Part shown: piece after piece, positions 25,566 through 37,995 of the stretch | How the letters are laid out: the number at the start of each line of letters is the position of its first letter | Position numbering within the stretch: position 1 is the first letter of the stretch | Assembly (NCBI GenBank): GCA_951406725.2 | Contig: OX597821.1 | Location: forward strand, 29,078,001-29,142,000 | Direction: 5' to 3' | DNA from: Octopus vulgaris | Lineage: Eukaryota | DNA: 64,000 nucleotides | Notes under the pieces: generated by a model | The model's database searches: none | Seen by the model: only the letters and a program-made list of their open reading frames with translations | What the model was told of the DNA's origin: nothing | Translations under genes and position numbers: made by a program

Positions 25566-26291
25566 CAACAAATACATTACTATAATAACCTTCAGTGCAT
25601 TGCCTTGCTGTGGGAAGGGTCGGGGTTACACTGCTGTTGGAGTGAAATGCCGAGTTAATAGGACGTGAGCTCTGTCCGAAAATATGAATGCTCAATCAAT
25701 GTGATACTAACAATATAGCCATGTCGTATACGTAGGCATTCAGTATTGGTCTCTGAATGGTTCACTTTCTAGCGCACAATCAATAACCATAAATTTGTGA
25801 TAAAGTCAGATTAACAATCGACAATGCTTACCAAAGCAAACCTACGTTCAATGCATAACCAATTTAGCTTCTGGTGTTATTCCATGCGTATTTCTTGAAA
25901 AGAATTATCATTAACAGTAATTATTTTCTGTCTTTTTTTTAGGTAGGGGTAAGGAACGAAGCAAAAAGTAGCAAAATATTTTTTCAGAAAGCGTTATGTT
26001 TACATAATTAAATCTAAGTATTTAGAAATATTTCCTAAATATTTCTATACCTATATGCTAGGCATTACTGTGCCTCAACGTTTTTCTCCTTTTACTACGG
26101 ATGTAATGCTCTTTGATTAAAGCATTTTGTTTTTGAACGACTGCCCTAATTATAAATAGTTCTTCCTCAATTTAATTAACTGTGTAGTAGGTTTCTCAAT
26201 TATCTATCGTTAATCATCTTTGTTGCATCTTTAACCATATATATATATATATATATATATATGAAAAGTAACATCACATCTCAGTTTGTTC

Positions 26292-26367
26292 ATTCCTACA
26301 GCTGCCTCAATAATTCTTACGTCACAAAGCTATTAGGCAAGATATAAGAATCACATCTTCAGGAAGT
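26292..26367 (-). ncRNA. decayed hammerhead motif
   Basis: CTGAAGA, stem II TGATTCTTA/TAAGAATTA, palindromic CAGCTG stem III and GUA site, but GAAA reads GAGG. Confidence 0.4.
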
Positions 26368-27689
26368 AGTTTCTATAGCAAATATGAAGAATAACCAAGC
26401 TTACATATAAATGAAGAACAAGAAATAAAAAAAAAAACATAAGGAAAATTTTAGGAGGGGAGCGGAGTGTAATTAACAAAAAATGGTAAGGTTTGAAGTG
26501 AGATAAGTTAACTGCACTTTCTAGGTAGAAGAGTCACGGTGCAGAGGCTTCCTCGGGAGGCATTGCAGATAAACTGGCAACACTGCATGGAATTTACAGG
26601 TGATCCATTACCTTGCCTCATGCTAAAATTAGTTTCTTTCCACGAACAAAGGAAGCTGTGTTAGATAGATTCGTGCAATGATTCTTAAAGTGAGAGAAGT
26701 CAGCGATAAACACAAGCTCCAAGCAAACGTTGTAGTTCGAAAAAAATCATCTACTTATCCACATCTGGAAGCCTCCACGCAGTCGTTCCACGTGCAACAA
26801 ATAGTAACAAAATCTCCTTCACATCACACACACACACACACCCACCGTCCTAGAAAAGGACACATTAGACAATACCGTCATGATTGATTGCTTTTCTTTT
26901 CTACACTCAAGAAGTGTAGTTACGGAGTGGTTACGGATGGCATGGCTTTAATCTTGGTGTTGCTCGATTAAGGCAGACGTGGAACTAATCAGCATCAACA
27001 TCATCATCATCATCATCATCACAAATAACCAATTGACAAACGACGAGTTTACAATACAGTCAGAGCTCATAGATTTAACTTCGTGGATTGTCTCCCTTAC
27101 ATTCTTGCAAAAATTAGTCATTAAGCTAATGAGATTTTCCCCCCCTTTTCTCGTCAGTGCAGATGTTATTTTAATTAATTAAAATGTATTGATTCACTAT
27201 ATTGAAAATGATAGCTGTCTACTTAAATATTCTGTCCATTTGTATTGATGAAGTGTCAACGTATATTTCAAGACGACCAAACATTCTTTCCAGTCTCATT
27301 TCAAAGTACTAATTACCTTCTCCCAAGTCTCTCAAGTTCTGACCAGCGAAAACATGGAGACTTTAATTGATCATCGAATTTGTTAAAAAGAGCAGTCAAA
27401 TCTACTACGCATTACGCCCTAGCGTCTTCAAAAGTGAATGACAGTCACATTTAGATAATGTTCTAGACGTGTAAAATGTCTAGATGAAAGACAGTACAGT
27501 CACGCTTAGATTGTCTTTGACGATTTTCCTTCTCGGCTAGGGGTGTCCAGAACCTAAACAACAACAACAACTGCTGTTGCTACTACTACTACTACAAATC
27601 AACAGGGTCAGTTGGAAGTCGCGATAAGTTGGCTAAACAGGCGGGGTATCAGCCGCATGTGAGGTAGTGACACGTCATAACTATGGCCA

Positions 27690-27916
27690 CGGTAAAAACT
27701 TCAATTCATTGGATGACGTAAAAAGATACCTTGATGAATTCTTTGCCATGAAACCACGTCAATTCTGGGAAGAGGGTATTTTCAAGTTAAAGGAATGATG
27801 CAGACACATTGTGTAACAGAATGGTCATATTTGGTTGATTAAAAATGTAATGGCAAGTATTTATTGACCTTTTTCTTTCCTTTAAAATCGGCACGAACTT
27901 TCCGGACAACCCAATA
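27690..27916 (+). mobile_element. mariner 3' end (transposase C-terminus + TIR)
   Basis: GKNFNSLDDVKRYLDEFFAMKPRQFWEEGIFKL followed by TIR-like GCACGAACTTTCCGGACAACCCAATA. Confidence 0.85.
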
Positions 27917-28410
27917 TATAGTTTCGTCAGAAAAGTGTATGTTTTTATTCAGTATCATGGCCATGTAATTAAGATGCTCGCTCTGAAGCCACATATTTTC
28001 GGATTCGGCTCCACCGGGCGACACTTTGGGCAAGTGACTTCTACAAAAGCCCCGGATCAACTGATGCTTCGTAAGTAGAGTTGGTAGACGAAAACGGCAT
28101 GGATACCCATCATGTGTGTGTGTAAGTGTGTGTTCCCTGCCATTGCTTAAGAGACAACCGTTGTTAGTTTGTTTATGGCCCCCGTAACTCAATGTTCCAG
28201 CAAAAGAGATAGGTAGAATGAGTGCCAGACTTTAAAAAATAAATATCATAGTAGATTTGTTTTAAATAAACTCTTCAAGAAGGAAAGTGCCCCAGCAAGG
28301 CCACAGTCGAATGGCAAAAACAAATAAAAGCTAAAACATAATAGATAAGATCTATTATTTTGTTGTTAACAATCTTTTCTATAAAAAGGATTATTTTTTT
28401 GCATCTACAG

Positions 28411-28487
28411 GAGTCCAATGGCAATCATCAGAATTTTTCTCGTCCATCAATCTTCCAATCATTATCTGAAAATGTGTTGAAATCACT
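28411..28487 (+). CDS. candidate internal exon (77 nt) of an unidentified gene; ESNGNHQNFSRPSIFQSLSENVLKS
   Basis: Acceptor TTATTTTTTTGCATCTACAG and donor GTGAGT; unique sequence; only frame 0 is stop-free. Could also be UTR or chance. Confidence 0.5.
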
Positions 28488-28619
28488 GTGAGTAATGTAG
28501 ACAATCTTTCTGTCTTTCTTTCTCTGAGTGTCTCTCTGCCTGTCTCTCTCCCTCTGAGTTATATTCATGAAAAGATTTGGACCGAGATACCTGGTGTCAT
28601 ACTATACTCAAGGAGGCCT

Positions 28620-28890
28620 GTCCTCCACAGTAAAAGTCCTGTTCTGGTGCCACATAAAAGCACTCATGTCGGTGGCATGTTAAAAGCACCCAATGCACAC
28701 TGAAAAATGACTGGCATTAGGAAGGGCATCCAGCCACAGAAACCAATCCGAATCAAACTGGAGCCTGGGGCAGCCCTGGTTAAACTGTCCAGCCCATGCT
28801 TTCATGGAAAACGGACGTTAAAGTATGATGATGAGCATCAAACCGGCCAACCCATGCCAGCATGGAAAACGGACTTAAAGTATGACGATG
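28620..28890 (+). mobile_element. SINE-like family E with (GAT)n tail
   Basis: GGCATTAGGAAGGGCATCCAGC...CATGGAAAACGGACGTTAAA(GAT)n. Related copies near 34500, 46650, 47300, 52150, 54905, 56285, 62555. Confidence 0.75.
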
Positions 28891-29056
28891 TTTGAACTCT
28901 TCCGTTTAACTTGTGTAATGTAATTTATACGTTATTCTTACATTTGTAGTTTTCCTTGCCTAATATTATAAGGTATCGTAATTCTAGGAGAACTGAGAGT
29001 ACTTCTACTCTGCACCGCTCACCAAACCTTGTGAGGACGCTACATATGAACCAATA

Positions 29057-29880
29057 GCATTAAATATTCAACATCCATGCTACTTTGTGTGATATACATA
29101 TTTGTCAATACTTTCAGTACTTGTCTCCAGCTGCTTACTCAGGCAGTACTTGTTATAGAAATTATAATCCTGAGGGCACCAAAATTAAGCTTCCACTGAA
29201 CCCCAGAAACCCAAGTGCAGACACTGTGTATCAAGCATTGACCCTACACATTCTGCATCTATGCTAACCCTTGTCCAAAGTGTTGGTGAATATTTGTCTC
29301 AGCTATTTACTCAGGCTTTGAATGTTACATATATTATAGAAATTTCAAATTCTAAGGGAACATAAATTGAGCTTGTTAAGGGCCACAGAAATCCTAATGA
29401 TGATGTATATATTGGGACCCCCTTCGGTCATGACTGACCGTGGGATTGCACCTAGAAAGTTACCCTCCCAGGCACAAGTCTGGGCAAGATTGTTTATGGA
29501 AGACCAGCAGTCACCCATGTATACAGGCCTCCCCTCTCCACGCCACCAGTGTTATCCAAAGGAAAAGTAAAGGGGCCGATACAGCTTGGCACCTGTGACA
29601 TCGCAATAGCTGAGTGAACTGGAGCAACGTGAAATAAAGTGTCTTGCTCAAGAAGTGAATTAAAGTATCTTGCAGCCCGGTCCCGGGTTTGAACTCACAA
29701 CCTCACGATCGTAAGCTCGACGCTCTAACCACTGAGCCATGCGCCTCACCAATGATGATGTATAAACTATAAACATTGACACTGCATATTTTACATCCTT
29801 GCTACTCCTGTCTTCTATACATATTTGTCAATACTTGTTGGTTCCCAGCTGCTTATTTGGGCTACAAGTGTTATTATATG
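29057..29880. repeat. three diverged ~175-bp tandem units interrupted by a SINE
   Basis: Recurring GCATT..ACATC..TGCTA..TTGTC..CAGCT(G/A)(C/T)TTA motifs at ~29060, ~29235 and ~29770. Confidence 0.65.
29410..29750 (-). mobile_element. tRNA-derived SINE family D
   Basis: Head GGCGCATGGCTCAGTGGTTAGAGCG...GAGTTCAAACCC; 14-bp TSD AATGATGATGTATA (29396-29409, 29751-29764). Confidence 0.9.
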
Positions 29881-30304
29881 TGTTTTGTTAAATTAATTTC
29901 AATAAAAACATAGGAAAGAAAATAAAACTGTATTGTACTAAATTGAGTGAAAACAACAATGGAAAAAATAAGCTGTTTCCAATTATGAAATTACAATATA
30001 TTCAATTTCAATAATTTTCATTTTATATAAAAATTAGCTTACAGCATGACAAAATATTGATGTCATTTCGAATATTGTTTAAAATCTAACTTTGAAGATA
30101 TAGCTTATTATCAATGATTTTTTATACATATATATATATAAACACACACAGACACACATACACACACATACACATGCATATATACATATATACACACATA
30201 AATATACAAAGACCAAAAACACACATATGTACAAAGGGACATATATATGTATCAACATTTATACACACATACATATACAAACAATAGATATATGTATGTG
30301 TGTA

Positions 30305-30354
<50 letters not shown>

Positions 30355-30957
30355 CACACATGCATACACATATATTTTATAGCAAAATAACTGATGACAT
30401 TCGTAAACTAATGATTTTTGACATATTTTCCAAACAGAATAATTACAAACAAGACATAGAATCAACGAAATGATTAATATAAACAAACAAACCATTAAAT
30501 AAAAACCAGAAAGACTCAGCCATCTATGAGAGTTGACAGGGGCGAACGGTATTGAACCCTAATTAAGCCTGAAATGCAACTGATGCTCTATATTATGGTT
30601 ATGGTGTGTTGTTGGAGAGTGGCTCTGTACCTAAGATTCCATCCAGAAATCTGCCATCTTACTTGACAACTCAAATTTGAAGGTAGCGAAAAGCGGGGAA
30701 AAAAGTATAATAAAGATAACTACTACTACTACTACTACTGCTACTACTACTACGACTACTACTACTACTAATAATAATAATAATAATTTCAAATTTTGTC
30801 ACAAGTCCAGCAGTTTCAGTTAAGGGGCTAATGCGATTACATTGACCCCACTGTTCATCTGGTGCCTTATCTTATTGAACCTAAAAGGATGAAAGGCAAA
30901 GTTAACACTGACAAAATTTGAACTTGGAATATAAAGACGGACTAATAATAATAATGA

Positions 30958-31319
30958 CTAGTACTATGACCCGGCGTTGCCGGGTCATAGTGCTAGTGCA
31001 TGCATATACAGCTGCATGCGTGCGCACACACACGCGAGTACTGTCCAAACCTCTGACCAATCACATACAGCTAGCTGGCATTCAATTGGCGTATCAAGTT
31101 TCAGGCATTTTGATTGGGTTTTGGAAAGAAAATTCACAAAAAAGTCACTTCTATTGATTTTTTAATAGCTTTGTGGGGTGACTGGGGAAATGTAAAGATG
31201 TGCACGACCACCCTTGAAAGGTTTCGAATTACCATAGAAAGTGCGAGCCCTCTAAGTGAAAAATTGTGGATTTGTATAAAGGACACACACACAGACATTT
31301 TGCCGTTTATATATATAGA
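30958..31319 (-). mobile_element. non-autonomous Helitron
   Basis: 5' TCTATATATATAAACGGC; 3' GC-rich hairpin CCCGGC-AAC-GCCGGG followed by CTAG|T; no TSD. Confidence 0.8.
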
Positions 31320-31426
31320 AATGATGATAATGATAATAATAATCAAACTGTGTAACACCATAGACTTTGCAATACTGTATATTAAATGAGTATGTATCAA
31401 AGTTATTGAAAGAGGAAATAGGAGAA

Positions 31427-31499
<73 letters not shown>

Positions 31500-31524
31500 A
31501 ATGAAGTGATTGTGAAAGAGTAAG

Positions 31525-31760
31525 ATGATAATTATTCGCATGGTAATTAGTGTACTTGGCACAGCACCCAAACTGCTATGTAAGAAGCTGAAGGATATTA
31601 GAATTGAAATTTACAAGGTCAACCTGTGGTAAAAATGCAATATTTGATCTGCAAGATTCCTTAGAAAGGTTCTTGAGATCTGAGGACATTTGTCGCCACC
31701 AAACCTCAAAACAACACACCTGCTAGCTAATATAGCATGTAACAGCTTTTGAAATAATAA
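31525..31760 (+). mobile_element. R4/Dong-like LINE extreme 3' fragment
   Basis: VISVLGTAPKLL...SARFLRKVLEI*, homologous to the C-terminus at 15240-15320. Confidence 0.65.
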
Positions 31761-32091
31761 GATAAATTTTTTTCTTAAACTGTGGTGTGGGGTTGGGCTA
31801 GTTGATTACATCAACCCCTGTACTTCATTTGTACTTTATTGTACTGACCTGAGAGGATACGGAAGACAAAGTTGATCTCAGCAGGATTTGAACTCAGAAT
31901 GTAAAGAGCCTGAAGATATGCCACTGAGTGTTTTGTCTGATGTGCTAACAATTTTTGCCAGCATGCCAACTTACTACTACTACTACTACCACCACCACTA
32001 CCCATAATAATAATAATGATAATAATAATAATAATAATAATAATATTCATAACAGTCTTTTCTACTGGAGGCACACGGCCTCAAATTTGTG

Positions 32092-32253
32092 AGGCGCAGG
32101 AGTGGCTGTGTGGTAAATAGCTTGCTTACCAACCACATGGTTCTGGGTTCAGTCCCATTGCGTGGCACCTTGGGCAAGTGTCTTCTACTATAGCCTCGGG
32201 CTGACCAAATCCTTGTGAGTGGATTTGGTAGACAGAAACTGAAAGAAGCCCGT

Positions 32254-32314
<61 letters not shown>

Positions 32315-32530
32315 ATATATATGTATGTGTGTATGTGTATATGTTTGTCCCCCAACATCACTTGACAACTGATGCTGGTGGCTTTACATCCTCGTAACTT
32401 AGCAGTTCAGCATAAGAGACCAATAGAATAAGTACTAGGCTTACAAAGAATAAGTCCTGGGGTTGATTTGCTCGACTAAAGGTGGTGCTCCTGCATGGCC
32501 ACAGTCAAATGATTGAAACAAGTAAAAGAG
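32092..32530 (+). mobile_element. full-length SINE family A (internal microsatellite)
   Basis: Head GGCGCAGGAGTGGCTGTGTGGTAA...GGGTTCAGTCCC, internal (TA)n(TG)n, tail ...GAAACAAGTAAAAGAG. Further copies near 27955, 33890, 37160, 38058, 39098, 40822, 46915, 53960, 56145, 60650. Confidence 0.9.
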
Positions 32531-33054
32531 GGGACTAGTTGATTACACAGACCCCAGTATTTCACTGGTACTTAATAATAATAATAATAATAATAACAAT
32601 AATAATAATAATAATAATATAGCAACAGATAAAGATGAATTTGATGGTGTTGAATCATGTTCTTCATTGTTTAACAACATAGAAAGATCATTAAAAAAAT
32701 ACAATATTGATGAGATAAGAATGTTGATGATGATGATGATGATAATGATGGTAGTGATGGTGATGTTTTTTTTTTTACAAGCTAAAATAAAAAAATAAAA
32801 ATGCCAAAATCAACAATAATAACAACGTTGAAATAATTCCTCTAACAACAGCAATTAAAACAAAAGTGCATCAGGCAGAATGCGATGATGATGATGATGA
32901 TGATGATGATAATGATGGTGATGATGATGATGAAAGAATGATGTATCTAAAAATGTAAAAGAATTTCTTTTGGCAATCTATTATTAATCAGTAATTGATT
33001 TAATTAAAGAATTTCAGAAGGAACACAATTAGATTGATGGTCCATATATTTTCT

Positions 33055-33096
<42 letters not shown>

Positions 33097-33851
33097 TTTT
33101 TTTTACACGGTATATTTTTATACGGTTGTATGTGTACATGTGCACATACGTCAGCATGCGTGTGTACATGTGTGGGTGTGTACGTGTAACCATTTACTTT
33201 ATGTTAGTTAGCATGTGATGTCTTCGCGGAATATTTTGAGAAAATATCTGACTAACTTTATGAGAGGGAAGACAGAGAGACAACGCAGAAGAGCAAAACT
33301 TTGGCTGTTATTTTGCCTAAAATATAAATGGAATAGTTTTTTTTTTTTCTTGTTTCCTTTTCTTCCTTCTCCTTTTCCAAGTCTTCCATTTTCTCACTGA
33401 CTGTTCTCACATATCAACTTTTATAATCTAAAACATACCGGTCTTTATCTTGCATGCATGTGAGTATGCACATGTGTGCTTTTGATTGTGTGTATGTGAA
33501 TCTGATAAAATATTAAATCTTGTAAAATAAAGAGTAATGAGTCATCTTAGAACGACATGTCAATGTGTCTTCAAAATTATATATGCATCTATGTATGTAT
33601 ATATGTATGTATGTATGATGTATGTATGTATGTATGTATGTAGTATAGGTTTGAATCAATGAGGAAGTTGTGATAGATATAGCAACTAAATCTCTTCTAA
33701 ATCATCCACTTCTGTTTGCTTTTCTCTAAAAGGAAACGACATACTGACTTATGCAGTTTTAGATACATTATAACTGGAAAGACAGGATGATCACAGCTAG
33801 AATAACTGTGACTTGGGCTGACTTGAAACTAAACGACATTTTTATGAATCT

Positions 33852-33888
<37 letters not shown>

Positions 33889-34786
33889 AACATAGGTTGT
33901 TCAGAATGGCTCTTTGGTTAAGAAGCTTCCTTCATAGCTATGTGGCTTGGATTTCAATCCCACTGTATGCCATTTGTCTACCACAATAGCCTCAGGCTGA
34001 CTAATGACTAGTCTGTGAAATGTGCTAGATAAATTATATGGAAGCATGTCAGATATATATATAATAATATTAGGGAGTATATCCAAACTTACAGGGAAAA
34101 TTAGATTTAGGATTAAAATTTAAAATATAAAAATTTATAAATATAAATTTTAAAATTTAAAATTTTAATAATTTAAATTTAAAATTTTATATATATTTTA
34201 TTAATTATATTTATTTTTTGTTTTTTATGTTTTGGCTTATGTCTATCACTGTTTAAGTTGCCTAATAGTGGTTTTATCTCAAATTTAATCTATATATGTG
34301 TGTGTGTGTGTGTATATGAATGTATGTATATAGGATCTTCTTTCTTGACTTAACATCTCTTAAACGTGAATAATCATGCAGTTTTGCGACAGCAAGAAAC
34401 TTGATTGCTCAGTTCCCTCACACTTTAACCCCCATCTCAACTCCTGGCATAAACCTCATGCCCACCTTATAGTTCATAGTCTTTCAAGTTGGATGGCCAC
34501 CTCATTCATGTTGGTGGTATGACAAAAAGCATCCAGTACACATTGTAAAGGGATTGGCATTAGAAAGGGCATCCAACTGTAGAAACCCTACTAAAGCAGA
34601 CACAGGAGCACAATGCACTCCTTGGAGACATCAGAACCTGTCTGACCATACAGCCATGTCAGAATGGAACATAGGTGCAATAGATGATAATGATAATTAT
34701 ATAAATAACTGCAGCATGGAAGGTGTTTGTAAGCCATTTAAGAAACACACAAAAGCCGTTCGATTCACTTCAACATTTAAGTTTAA

Positions 34787-34837
34787 TTTGTCAAAATATT
34801 TTCGTCGCTTTAAGACTGCAACCTGTTCACTGACAAA
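34787..34837 (-). ncRNA. minimal type I hammerhead motif with G3-C8 swapped core
   Basis: TTTGTCA-GTGAACA-G-GTTGC-AGTCTTAAA-GCGAC-GAA-AATATT-T-TGACAAA: 7-bp stem I, 5-bp stem II, palindromic stem III. Confidence 0.65.
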
Positions 34838-36441
34838 AATCCATGCTGCAATTGTTTCCGTTTCAGCACACGATCTCAGATCAAATCACTTGCTATGCAA
34901 GTACATCTCCGATGATGATATATTTAAGCAGAAAAAGTTACAAAAATGACTCAAGAGCAGAGAATTTCGTGCAAGGCACTTTTCGAACAAGACTTCAATT
35001 CTGAGTACTAGCATCTTAAATTGAGTGAATTACAATTCTTTCTGGAATGTTTGATTAAAAAAAAATTGGTATTTGAACATCATGTGAAAATCTCTAACTT
35101 TTAAATAATCTGTCGTTTAAACAGTAGTCCTGAGAGGAAATGAAATACAGACAATATGTTCCTGTGTGTGAGTCTAGACATTGACACAGCTTATAAATCA
35201 GTGGTCTTTATTTATATTTCCCAGTTTAGAAGGTAAACAAACAGAGGATGATGAAATAAGCACTAAACTTGTAAACACTAAGAACAAAGGCATATATTAT
35301 TTACTAAAACAACCCTTCGAGACAATGCTTTAGCATGAGCAAAGTCCATGTGATAGAACCGAACCGACAAAGAAAGGAATCGGTAGTAACTCTGTCACCA
35401 ACATTTATAGTGAACATGGATAGCACCGAAGTCAGAGGAATTAGTGAACTAATAGACAGATAGATATCAGAGTATGGACTATTAAAATAAAAAGAAAAGG
35501 AAGAAAAATGTAGCATAGTTAGAAGCAAGCGAAGAAAAAGGTTAAATGCGTTAACATTCCAACGTAACATTATTAATATCACATCTCAAATGGATAAAAA
35601 GGAAAAAAGAAGAAAGAAAAAAACTGCCTAAGATGTGAGCATGCGAGAACATTTTTCAGATAATTCTAGCATCAACTGAAAGTTTCCACCTCCTCAAGAA
35701 AGAATAATGGCAAATTGGCCATAAAGACACCTGAATGATGTATAATTAAGATGCAAGTGAAAAATGCAGCCATCGTTATGGCTGTGGCTCGTTAAAAGAA
35801 AATGAAAAATATAGATGAATAAAATGAAGGTGATGCTACTATTGTTGCTGTTGTTGCTTCTACTACCACCACCACCACCACACTATCACTACCACTATCT
35901 TGTTTAGGTCTGGTCAAGGCATTCTAGCCATGGCCATACCACCTTTTATCAGACACAGTGTAACTATTACTAGCATGCACTTTGTTTTTGTCTGTCTATC
36001 TCTCTCTCTTTCCCTCTCTCTCAAACCCCACATACTTTTTACCATTTTTACTAAAAGTGTTGAATTGCCAAAGTTCTTAAAACATTAGACTGAATGCCCT
36101 GCCATGTTTCTTTTGACTTGCCTGTGCTCTGTATTCAAATCCAACCACAGTTGACTTTCCATTTCATCCTTTCATGGGGTTTGATGAAAAGCCCCAATAG
36201 AGTGTGGTGGATTAGTGAAAGTGGAAGATCACCAGTATCTGTTTCAGTTCAATATGTTCTGAGTTCAAATCACACCACGGCTCTACATGGCTGATAGACT
36301 TAACCTGTAGTCCAGTTTAACAACACCATCAAAAAACTTTGGGTTACTTTATTTACTGCAGTCAATTCTATTGCAAGCATATGGGCTAGGTCTGTGACTG
36401 AAAATACCTTTGCCCCTCCATCCCACTAGTCTCAGAGGTTC

Positions 36442-36670
36442 TTAACCTTTCAGCATTTAAACTGGCCACATCCAGTCTAAATATTCTACCAGTTTTATGT
36501 TAAAACTGGCCAAATATGGCCTCTCATACCAACTTTACAATGTCATTCTAAAAATAAACAATCACACCAGGAAAATCTTTTAGCTACAAGACAATGCATA
36601 ACTAATTCATATTAACGAGAATAAATAAACATCACACTTGACAGAGTAATCTGAATACTAAAGGACTAAA
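36442..36670. mobile_element. piggyBac-like MITE
   Basis: TTAACCTTTCAGCATTT...GAATACTAAAGGACTAA; inverted homolog of 19366-20285. Confidence 0.75.
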
Positions 36671-36844
36671 GTGTACTAAGCACTACTTGCCTCTTAACCA
36701 AAAGATGAAAAAAAAAAAAAACAATAGAATATAGTTTGAGTGAAATATGATGGTTATTTCTGGCAGATCTCTCAACCACATAAATAAGTAGTTCTTAAAA
36801 AATGCTCCACAGATTTTTAAATTTATAATTTAAAAAATAAAATA

Positions 36845-37095
36845 AATGCACCCTTTTAAAACCTAGCCAGGCATATGGGTCCAGTTTCCTTGTTTCAATG
36901 GCGTATGTGTTCCCCAGCTGAACTGGATGCCAGTCCATTGCAGCGTTACTCATTTTTGCCAGCTGAGTGGACTGGTGCAATATGAAATGAAGTGTTTTGC
37001 TCAAGAACACAATGCGTCACCCGGTCCAGGAATCAAAACCACAATCTTACGATCATGATGCTGACACCCTAACCACTAAGCCACGCGCCTCCACA
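36845..37095 (-). mobile_element. tRNA-derived SINE with V-domain-like segment
   Basis: Family D-type head plus GCAATGGACTGGCATCCAGTTCAG; near-identical relative at 57480-57730. Confidence 0.8.
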
Positions 37096-37509
37096 AAATT
37101 TATAATTTAAGGTTTAGATAATGCACAATAATGATTGCATGTTTTGTGTTGTTTATAAGTTGTTTCAGTCAATGGACTGTGCCCAGGCTGTGGCACCACT
37201 TTGAAAAATTTTAGTTGATCAAATCAACTAAATTTTACTTATTTTAAAATCTGGAACTTATTCTATCAGTTTTTTTGTTTTTTTTTAATCTTTTGACAGA
37301 CTGCTAGGTTACAAACAAACCCATGCTGGTAATGAAGCAGCACACACGACAGGCTTTTGCACAGTTTCTGTTGGCTAAATCTCTTTACAAAGCATTATTC
37401 AGTCTGGGGCTATAGTGAGAGACACTTGTCCATAGTGCAATCAGTTTGAACTGAAAGAAAGGCACTCAAGCAGAGGAATAACAACAAAAGAGCAAAGTTT
37501 CATCCAACA

Positions 37510-37995
37510 ATAAATTCAACCACTGACCGAGCCTGTTTTCTCTTGGTAGTTGCTGTTGCGAAAGAGGTAGTATGGAAGACGAGAGTGAAAGGAATTGCAA
37601 CAGGCATGTTCATCTCCAGTCTCGAGCTAATCGACTTTTTCGTTTTCCACATGAAACGGAAAATAATGCTGGAGAGGAATTGCTTGTCGCAAAGTGTGTT
37701 TCGTAAAAGTTGGGAGTCTATAGCAAGTACGTTGCGAGTGAAAGAACCTGTTTAAATGAGAATATAAAAAAGGAGAAAGCAAAGTTTTCAGTGTGCGTAT
37801 GCGGTTTGTGGGGGGGTCAACCGCGTCCTCTGCTTCAGTTTTTGTAAATCACTCATTCTCATTTAATTGTATATATTTTAATTGTTTGTTTATTCATATG
37901 TTTTGTCTCATTCAATACCCTGACCCCAATGTTTGTTTTGTCTGTCCTCGTATCATCCCCTCTTTTTCTCAACCTCAGGGTTAGTAAAGCAATTG
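37510..37995 (+). mobile_element. Tx1/L1-like LINE 3' end
   Basis: ORF 37543-37755 VAVAKEVVWKTRVKG...FFVFHMKRKIMLER...W plus 3' UTR; homologous to three minus-strand fragments in this window. Confidence 0.7.

Noticed and set aside
34112-34219. ~108-nt A/T-only non-periodic tract
   Set aside because: Low-complexity region within a repeat remnant in an AT-rich genome; possibly low-quality sequence.
34945-35580. Possible decayed coding sequence
   Set aside because: No recognisable motif in any frame could be established by eye.
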